From Macrostomum lignano (lineage: Eukaryota), in contig NIVC01001648.1 in NCBI GenBank assembly GCA_002269645.1, positions 1 to 64,000 of the forward strand: a stretch of 64,000 nucleotides of DNA, in the 5' to 3' direction. A model generated the notes under the pieces. The model saw only the letters and a list, made by a program, of their open reading frames with translations, did no database searches and was not told the DNA's origin. Below are positions 1-9,300 of the stretch, in pieces. The position numbers and the translations under genes are program-made. Every line of letters starts with the position of its first letter. Position 1 is the first letter of the stretch.

Positions 1-1
1 T

Positions 2-187
2 GATAAATCCTTGAGGGAATGCGTCAATAAATTCTTGATTTGATCCGTGGACATTCCAAGAAATTATTTCATTTGGAAAGTGCAGCAGATCTATTAGTTT
101 TCTTTTCTCGGTAGTTCCATTCTCTTTTTGAGTCAGTAAAGCTAGCTCTGCTTTATTCTTCTCTCTCTTCTCGTCTTCAACGTGCAT
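2..187 (-). other. Open frame running off the left edge; possible apurinic-endonuclease (EEP) N-terminus of a non-LTR retrotransposon ORF2 or another EEP protein
   Basis: Manual translation from ATG at 187: MHVEDEKREKNKAELALLTQKENGTTEKRKLIDLLHFPNEIISWNVHGSNQEFIDAFPQGFI, with no stop before the window edge. IISWNVHG resembles the I(S/T)WNVxG motif of APE/EEP domains. Single-motif evidence only. Confidence 0.3.
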
Positions 188-890
188 CTAACGCAACTGC
201 AACCTTTTGTCTATGGTAATTCGTAGTATTATAATGTAACTAATACAGTATATAGCTTCTTTGTGCTTCAATGGTCTTTGGCTACGCGCACTCGTGACCA
301 AAACCATTAAAGCACGCAGCAGCTATATACATGTATTAATCCTACATTTAACAGTACACCTTTTTCCATTCTATTTTGGCAAATGTGCAATCAAAGTCAA
401 AATCTTTTCATTCAATTCAGACAGTTTATGGTAGTTCTTGGCCGGACGTGCATTCAATTCCGACAAATGTGCTTTCAAAAGCGACAATTTTCAAACAAAG
501 CAAACAAGCTACCACGAGAAACCGACACTTGCAATCAATTCAAACAATTTGCAATCAATTCCGACAGTTGGCTATGAATTGGCTTTTTCTGTCCTCCTAT
601 CTATGGCTCATACTGCGAAATTTCCCAATTCCAATCTATTTAGACAAGCCCGGCCAAGAACTACCATAAACTGTCTGAATTGAATGAAAAGATTTGACTT
701 TGATTGCACGTTAGAATGAAAAAATGTGTAATCAAGCAAGCAGCACATGTGGTCGACGTGCTGACGAAATTTGGAGGCTTGTCAAGGCTGCACTGAGGCG
801 CAGTGCTTGGCGCACAGGGGTGTACTGAATACACTGGCGCTTATGGGAAAAATCCAACCTTCTGGCAGAATCGTGTCTCGTTGCGAGACG

Positions 891-1728
891 AGGATTTCGT
901 ATTCGCTATCATGCCGTACTGGACCGCGTCACCAGCGGCGGAGTACGGGTGGGGTCTTTAAATAATTCTCTCCGACTAAGAAACCGCTTTACTTGCTGGG
1001 CAGGATGAAGGGCAGGATTGAGAGTGACCGATAGCAATGACGACATGCATCAATGCACACTGACAGCACCATGACGCACATGACCCTTCCCGCCAGTCTC
1101 AATGCCATCGCACACTTGCCATCCAGTCTGCAACAGCATGCCATGACCGCACATGACCCTTCCCGCCATCAATGCTTCCAGTCTGCAACAGCATGCCATG
1201 ACCGCACATGACCCTTCCCGCCATCAATGCTTCCAGTCTGCAACAGCATGCCATGACCGCACATGACCCTTCCCGCCATCAATGCTTCCAGTCTGCAACA
1301 GCATGCCATGACTGCACATGACCCTTCCCGCCATCAATGCTTCCAGTCTGCAACAGCAGCCAGCAGGTGGTGAGTCCGTTCGACCCGCCCAGATCGCTCG
1401 TGAGCCATCCGGGATTCGAATCCGGACGGTACTACTCGATCAACATGACCTGCTCCTGGATCCTGACGGTGCCGGAATCCTTTTTCATTGAGGTCTGGTT
1501 CGAATTCCTAGAATTGGAGACCCAGCTCGACAAGGTGCAGCTGCTCGATGCGAACTCGTGCTCATGGCCGAGCTGTCGGACTACTACCCGAACTGCAGCG
1601 TCCTGCCGGTGTTCTCGACGTCCCGGAACAGCTCCGGCACCCGCATGTGCATCATCTTCAGCACTGACGGCTCGGTGCTGATGCGGGGTTCCGCATTCGC
1701 TACCGAGCGGTGTCATCTGATAGAAATA
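891..1728 (+). pseudogene. Partial, frameshifted copy of the CUB-domain gene (3' part of CUB2 exon, intron, CUB3 exon)
   Basis: 891-980 aligns with 5881-5970. 1347-1728 is a near-identical copy of exon 6154-6540 with a 3-nt deletion (about 1371), two 1-nt deletions (about 1557 and 1686) and one substitution. No PAN exon follows. Confidence 0.75.
1071..1357 (+). repeat. 55-bp tandem repeat containing the 3' splice site and first bases of the CUB3 exon
   Basis: Units TGACCGCACATGACCCTTCCCGCCATCAATGCTTCCAG|TCTGCAACAGCATGCCA start at 1144, 1199, 1254 and 1309, plus one degenerate unit upstream. Confidence 0.9.
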
Positions 1729-2397
1729 GTAAGTCTTTATGACCTGATGGAAACAGTAAGTCTTTGTGACCTGATGGAAACAGTAAGTCTTTATGACCTG
1801 ATGGAAACAGTAAGTCTTTGTGACCTGATGGAAACAGTAAGTCTTTATGACCTGATGGAAACAGTAAGTCTTTGTGACCTGATGGAAACAGTAAGTCTTT
1901 ATGACCTGATGGAAACAGTAAGTCTTTGTGACCTGATGGAAACAGTAAGTCTTTATGACCTGATGGAAACAGTAAGTCTTTGTGACCTGATGGAAACAGT
2001 AAGTCTTTATGACCTGATGGAAACAGTAAGTCTTTGTGACCTGATGGAAACAGTAAGTCTTTATGACCTGATGGAAACAGTAAGTCTTTGTGACCTGATG
2101 GAAACAGTAAGTCTTTATGACCTGATGGAAACAGTAAGTCTTTGTGACCTGATGGAAACAGTAAGTCTTTATGACCTGATGGAAACAGTAAGTCTTTGTG
2201 ACCTGATGGAAACAGTAAGTCTTTATGACCTGATGGAAACAGTAAGTCTTTGTGACCTGATGGAAACAGTAAGTCTTTGTGACCTGATGGAAACAGTAAG
2301 TCTTTATGACCTGATGGAAACAGTAAGTCTTTGTGACCTGATAGAAACAGTAAGTCTTTATGACCTGATGGAAACAGTAAGTCTTTATGACCTGATG
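1716..2397 (+). repeat. 27-bp minisatellite (about 25 units) containing a 5' splice site, with 54-bp dimeric higher order
   Basis: Unit GACCTGATGGAAACA|GTAAGTCTTT(A/G)T; TAT and TGT variants alternate. Confidence 0.95.
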
Positions 2398-3297
2398 ATA
2401 ATAATAGAGCGCTGAAGGACTTCCAGGAGAGTCGGGACATGGTGCCGGCCGACATCGGTTTTCACAGGCTTCCTTAATTCGAGGGCTACAGGCACCCTAT
2501 CGGCGTTGCCTTGACTACCTGACACTGGCTAACGCCGGCGTTCCGGATTCTCTTTGCGGCACTGCTGGCTCTCCTTTTTCCTATTTTCTTGTTTAATGTT
2601 GCAATGGATGAAGGACCAGAATGGCTTAGACATACCCGACGGTTGGAATGGTTCCTACCGCATGGACAGGGAAGGGCAGAGCGAGGTAAAACTGGTGCAA
2701 AAAACAAAAATGATAAATTTAACTGCCCACGTGGCATTGGCATGGGGCAGTCGTATTGGAATATTATCCAGTGAGAAATCTTTTTCAACCATTTGCGATG
2801 TCTCGCTGAAAAAAACCGACAGCTCTGGATCTGACCATGTAGTAGCCATTCCTACCTGTGTCCTGACTTCTACGCCTACCTGTCTCCATCTCTCTCCTTC
2901 CCTCTCCTTCTCTCCCTCCCTTCTGCCTAACATATTTTCCTCTTATTGCAACGCATGCTATGGTTGTATTAATGATCCTCAATGCATGGGAACAATTTAA
3001 ATCCGCAGGTGTCCCAGCGGACTTGGGGCACTACAGAGTCGGGGATTAGCGAAATGGGCGCCGTTTGCCTCCCAGCTGGGTCATCGCATCGCCCGGCAGC
3101 TAAGCGAAGGAGCAATAATAGATACTGAAAAACCTTGAATAGCTGAATTTGATGGCGGTGAGCTGTCACATATGGCTTAGCAGTGCCAGGCTTGGGCTTG
3201 CAGCCGGTCAAAGAGAGGTTTTTTGGCCTCTCATTTTTTCAGCCCCTGATACATGAATTTTAATGGACCCGCAGCTGCCGTGGGCTGTGTTTGATTT

Positions 3298-3305
3298 TAT
3301 AAATA
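3298..3305 (+). promoter_or_regulatory. Candidate TATA box of the CUB-PAN gene
   Basis: TATAAATA about 70 bp upstream of the signal-peptide ATG at 3372. Confidence 0.5.
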
Positions 3306-3371
3306 TCCATCCCGTCATCCTGCAGCTCAAGCAATTCCCAAACACAAGCTGGCGCTATTTCTGGAGGCAGA

Positions 3372-6300
3372 ATGCGTAGCAGCATGCTAGAGAACTTCAA
3401 GGCGCTGTTGCTGATGTTGGCAATTCTTGCGACGGCCTGCGTGAAGTCCAGTGCGCAAGACAATGGTAAGAGATTGCTCTTTAGGTCTCCAGCAAACAGT
3501 GTACTTGGAGTTTGAGGTCTGAATGCTCGTGAAATTCATGCGCGACTTTAAAGCGAGACTTCTTGACCCAGAAATGTGAGAATTTGCTAACGTATCCTCA
3601 CTTGGACTGGTAAATGAATTAAGACTAACATAAAAGCCATAAGTCTCCACCAGCGCAATCAAGGGGTATCACTGTTCTATGGTGTAAAGCCTCCCTCATT
3701 TCTTGGTAGCTGCGCAGTCATTCCTCTGGGTGCAGCGATCGTCACGTATGCGCTGTCCTGAAAACAGCGATAGCTTGATGCACTGCCGCAAGATCAGCCT
3801 CGACAGCGGTTGCAGACCCGGGTTTATCCCGAATCCCCACGGTATTTATACTGTTAAACAGTAATTAACAAAGAAAAATGACCAGTACGTTCGTTCACAA
3901 AAGATGCGATCAAGCATGAGACGTGACGCTCGCCCCTGCCCCTAGTTTATAAATTGTCCTTGGGTATAAAGATTGGAATTCGGTTGGGGGCTGTGTTCCA
4001 TCCAGCAGCTTTGTTTTATTTTAATTGGCCTGTTGATCTGGATCTAGGGAGAGCTATAAGACAAGATAGTTGTAAAAAGCACTATCTACGAGGGGTGTCC
4101 GGAAAGTTCTGACACTTTTAATCCCAGAGCAAAAACAGTAGCAGCTGCAAGCACAACTTTGGTGGCATTTTAAAGCTTCACATCTCTTATTTCGAATGAA
4201 CTCAGTCGCGTGTATTTTGGTCATTTCATTCAAAAGTTATGTGTGAACCCCTCATACATTAACATGTCTTGATTCTTAACAAATTCAAACCTCGCTACCG
4301 ACATGTCCTTTTGCTCTCAGTGTTACTAGATCAGTATACCTTTTTGCAAGCGAATGTTCATCAAAAATGCTTCTTAGTAGGAGTTAAAATTAGATCATAG
4401 CATGGAAAACTGTGTTCTCGCCGGACGTTTTGTCCGGATTGCAAAGCAGGTCATCGCGTAAACTAGCGCATGGGGGTGCTTTTACCATACTTGAATTTAA
4501 ACAGCCTGCCTTTGCTGCCACTGTAGCATCGTTGAACCGAGAGCCAAGTAGAAGGTCAGTAGAAGGTCAAACCAAGACGTTCAAAGCTGCATCGCACGTG
4601 ATGACGCAGAAGTGTCAGCACAGTGCCAAACACACAGAGAGAAACTCTTGCTTCCTTACCAGTCGTTCTCATGATAACTCATGATAATGTAGTCTATCAA
4701 ATAAATTTGCTCTGTTTAGCTGTTTGCTTCTTGGTACAAAGATTTGCAATCTTGGACAAAAAGTTTTGCGAGAACACAGTTTTCAATGGCATGGTCTAAA
4801 CTCAGCTCCCATTAAGCGAGCTTTAAGTGTTTATTATGAGCCAGTGCTCCAATCGTGCTCTCAAATGCATCGCTGGCACTTTCAGTCTGCAGCGGCAACC
4901 AGCAGCTGACGGTGAGTCCCTCTGACTCGCCGAAATCTCTCATCAGCCACACGGGTTTCACCTCCGGTACCAACTACGCCAACAGCATCAACTGCAGCTG
5001 GAATCTCACCGCCCCGGAGTCCTACCGAATCGAGGTCTGGTTCGAGTTCTCCGAAATCGAGTCCTGCTGTGATTTTGTCCACTTCCTGGACGTCATCATG
5101 ACTAAATTGGCCATGGTGTCCGACAGCTGCACGAACTGCAGCGTCTTGCCGAGGTTCAGTCCGTCGCTGAACGGTCCGCAGAACATAATGACTGTGAGGT
5201 TCACCACAGACGGCAGTATAGTGAAGAAGGGATTTCGCATCTGGTACCGAGCTACTCAGGACGTCAGAGTCAACGAAACTGGTGAGTCGCATTGCCTGAA
5301 GCTTTTGCCCAAGTTGGTTGCATGATCAATCTTCAAGCAAAAGAAGGCGACTCTTCAACTTGTCAGCCACAAAAATTGTTGGGGCTCGCAAACATCGACG
5401 CTTTACAAAACAACGAAGCTTCGAAGCTTCTGGAACTACAAGTCGTATATGAAACACCCCAGAACTTTCATGTAGAGCAACACAATTTGCATGCAATTAG
5501 ATAATGTAGAGGGGATCCTCAACTTCTGCTTTAACTCTCTGCTGTAAAACAAACTTCACTTTCAGTCTGCAGCGGCAACCAGCAGCTGCCCGTGAGCCCC
5601 ACAGCACCGGGATCTCTAATCAGCCAGGCGGGAGTCGATAGTGGCACAAAATACACCAACAACATGAACTGCAACTGGACTCTCGTAGCCCCCAAACAAT
5701 GCCGCATCAAAGCCTGGATCGAATTCATGGATTTGGAGACGTGTTGCGACAAAGCTTACTTTTCTGACTCTAACACAGCCTCGGCTCCCCTGCTGGCCTC
5801 CAGCAGCCTCTCGGACTTCACCCCGCCGAACGGCGCCGCCAAGAACGTCCTGACAGTGAGGTTCACCACCGACGGGTCAATTGTGAGACGAGGATTTCGC
5901 ATTCGCTACCATGCCGTACTGGATCGCGGCTACAGCGGGGGAGGTACTGAGCTCTTTAAAAAGTTCTCACCGATTAGAAATAGCATTACCTGATCGAGTA
6001 AGCCATGACCGCACATGACCCTTCCCGTCATCAATGCTCCCAGTCTGCAACAGCATGCCATGACCGCACATGACCCTTCCCGTCATCAATGCTTCCAGTC
6101 TGCAACAGCATGCCATGACCGCACATGACCCTTCCCGCCATCGATGCTTCCAGTCTGCAACAGCAGCCAGCAGGTGGCTGTGAGTCCGTTCGACCCGCCC
6201 AGATCGCTCGTGAGCCATCCGGGATTCGAATCCGGACGGTACTACTCGATCAACATGACCTGCTCCTGGATCCTGACGGTGCCGGAATCCTTTTTCATTG

Positions 6301-9300
6301 AGGTCTGGTTCGAATTCCTAGAATTGGAGACCCAGCTCGACAAGGTGCAGCTGCTCGATGCGAACTCGGTGCTCATGGCCGAGCTGTCGGACTACTACCC
6401 GAACTGCAGCGTCCTGCCGGTGTTCTCGACGTCCCGGAACAGCTCCGGCACCCGCATGAGCATCATCTTCAGCACTGACGGCTCGGTGCTGATGCGCGGG
6501 TTCCGCATTCGCTACCGAGCGGTGTCATCTGATAGAAATAGTAAGTCTTTATGACCTGATGGAAACAGTAAGTCTTTATTGTTATATATCGCGAAGCCGA
6601 GAGGGTTATATCTTCTATAGCGCGCGGTCTGATGAAACTAAAGCTCAGAGGGCATGGCCGTCTCTCTAGGCCGTCACGTGTATTTATACCATAAACAGTA
6701 ATATTCATACGAGTATAGCCCAAGCTTCAGTGTCACACACATGCATATGCACACTCATACACAACACCTCCCCCTTCAGTTACAATGTGACTTCTTGTCA
6801 GTCAGTCGTACGAACTTTTGCGGGGGTCAATCTGAAGCCTGTTGGGTGGCCGACGGTTTCTCGTATGCCACGGTCTTGATCGTCCTTCCGGCCCTCTGGC
6901 TCCATTCGTACCTTGCGAGTCCGCAGGGCCAGTATTGGGCTGGTAGCGAGCTTCCGCCGCATGTGCTGGAAACCTTCTCCGTAGGAACTTTCGGTTTCTC
7001 CGAAGAACCCGGCCGCTGGTCAGCTTGACTAGAAAGTCGTTGTTTTTCATTAGCTCGACCACCACGCCGTACTTGTCCCATCGCTTGGTCTGGGCGTCCT
7101 GCACTGCAACTCTGTCTCGCACTCGCAAGGCTGGGAGTTGGTGAGCTGCTCTGTTGTAGTACACCTCCATCCTCTCCCTCTTCTCCGCTGCCCTGTTGTC
7201 CACCTCATCTGCTGCTGCTTGCCATTCCTTGGCGAACGCTCTCCGGTGAATTGGCGGGGTATCGCGAACCTCGTGACCGAACACCATCTGTGCTGGTGAT
7301 CTGCCGTCGTATCGCGGAGCGTTGCAATACATCAGTATCCCCTGGCAGAGATCGTCCCAGTTCGGCTCTCTGGCTCCGTGATTCCAATTTCCACGCACCA
7401 GCTTTTTCATTGCCTTGACGGCTGCCTCCGCTCGCCCATTGCTCTGAGCGTACGTTGGGGATGATGTCCTCTGCTCCACATTCCAACGACGCAGGAATCC
7501 CAGAAATGGCTTGGCTGTGAATTGCGGTCCATTGTCTGACCATAACACCTCCGGCGCGCCCTTCTCACAGAAACGTCTTCGCAGCACGTTGATCACCTTG
7601 TACGTTGAGGCATCAGTTCCGAAGTAGTCTAGTGTTGGCCAACCAGACTTTCCGTCCACAGTCACCAGGAACATCTTCCCAGCGAATTGAAACAAGTCGG
7701 CATGGACTTCTTGAAAGACGCGTTCCGGTTCCTTTCTCACAATCATCGGCTCCTTTACTTGACTAGGCAAAGTCTCTTGGCACGGGATACACTTCCTGGC
7801 TGACATTTCTATATCGTTGTCGATTCCCGGCCAGTAGAAAGTCATTCTGGCTCTCTCTTTCATCTTAACGACTCCCTGATGCATCTTGAGCATCCTATTC
7901 AGGACTTCTGCTCGCATCTCCTTGGGAATGAGCAATCGCCTTCCTACTACGATCAAGTCATGCTCGACTGCTAGTTTGTCGCGGATGTTCCAAAATTGTC
8001 TTAGATGGACCGGTACGTTTCCCTTCTCGTTAGGGAATCCTTGCTGAACCAATCGCTTCAGCTCCTGGTACTTCTGGTCTCTTCTGGCAATTCGCGTCAA
8101 CTCTGCTTCAGAAGCTTGAATCTCATCAATAGCCATGATGATGTTGCTCTCGTGCTCCTCCGCAAGTTCTTCGTCTTTGGTTGCCGGCTCTACCGGGGCT
8201 CTTGACAAGGCATCGGCGGCCTTGTGGTCACTGCCTTTCACCCATCGAGCCGTGTACTGGAAGCAATCCAGTTTCTGTCGCAACCTCTGTAGCCTCGGAT
8301 TCTCAATCTGATCCAAGGTGTATCTATTTAAAATCGGCTCCAACGGCTTGTGGTCGATGATTATCTCAAAATTCTGCAGTCCTTCGAGGAACAGACGACA
8401 TTTCTTTGCCGCCCATACGACTGCCAACAGCTCCAGTTCAATCATGGCGTATCGCCTCTCTGTCTCCGAAATGAACCGCGAGCCTGCTTGAACCACTTTC
8501 CAAACGCTATTGTCTTGCTTTTGCTTGAGCACGAATCCAAGCCCCTTCAGTCGAGACGCATCTGTGTGCAGTGCTGTCTGCCTCGTGTGGTCATAGTAGG
8601 CCATTGTAGGAACATTGCTTAGTTCTTTCCGCATGCTGTCAAATGCTTTTTCGTGTTCGCAGCTCCACATGAACTCATTCCTCGGTTTCAACAACTCTCT
8701 CAACGGCTCACCGAGGGAAGCTATCTTGTCACTACAGAACCCAATCTGATTCACTAGTCCGAAGAACGCTCTGAGGTCGGTCAGATTTTATGGCTTCGGG
8801 AAGTCTCGAATCGCCTTCACTATGGTAGGGTCTATAGCGTATCCTTTCGAGTCCAACTGGAATCCGGCAAATGTCACACTGGGCTGAGCAAACACAAACT
8901 TCTCTGGATTCAGGCTGATGCCGCGGTCCCTGCATCGCTGCAGAAACTCACGAACAGCACGGCGATGCTCGTCAAAGTCGTCGTGAGCCAGCAGTACGTC
9001 GTCCACAATATGATAGGTGCTCTTCAGTCCCTCTAGCACTTCATCCACACGCCTATTGTAATGCTCCGATATGGACGACAGTCCAAAGGGGGCACGTAGG
9101 AACTTGTACCGTCCGAATGGTGTGATAAAAGTTGTCAGTATTTGTGACGCGTCATCCAGTGGCACTTGGTGGTATCCTTTCGTGGCATCAACGGTTGTGA
9201 AGAACCTGGCGCCCTTGTGTACACTTGACACAACTTCAAATGGCGTTTGGCTGACGTAGCGCTCTCGGATGACGTATTTGTTTAAGCACCGTAGGTCGAC

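Noticed and set aside
1558-2455. Long ETVSLYDLM and SGHKDLLFP repeat ORFs
   Set aside because: Translations of a stop-free 27-bp array, entered only through frameshifts in the pseudo-exon.
2486-3000. Short ORFs with a hydrophobic stretch upstream of the CUB gene
   Set aside because: No consistent start, splice phase or recognisable domain; the true signal-peptide exon is 3372-3465.
8985-9015. RT active site IVDD instead of YxDD
   Set aside because: Non-Tyr variants occur in Mag-like Gypsy RTs; not unusual by itself.
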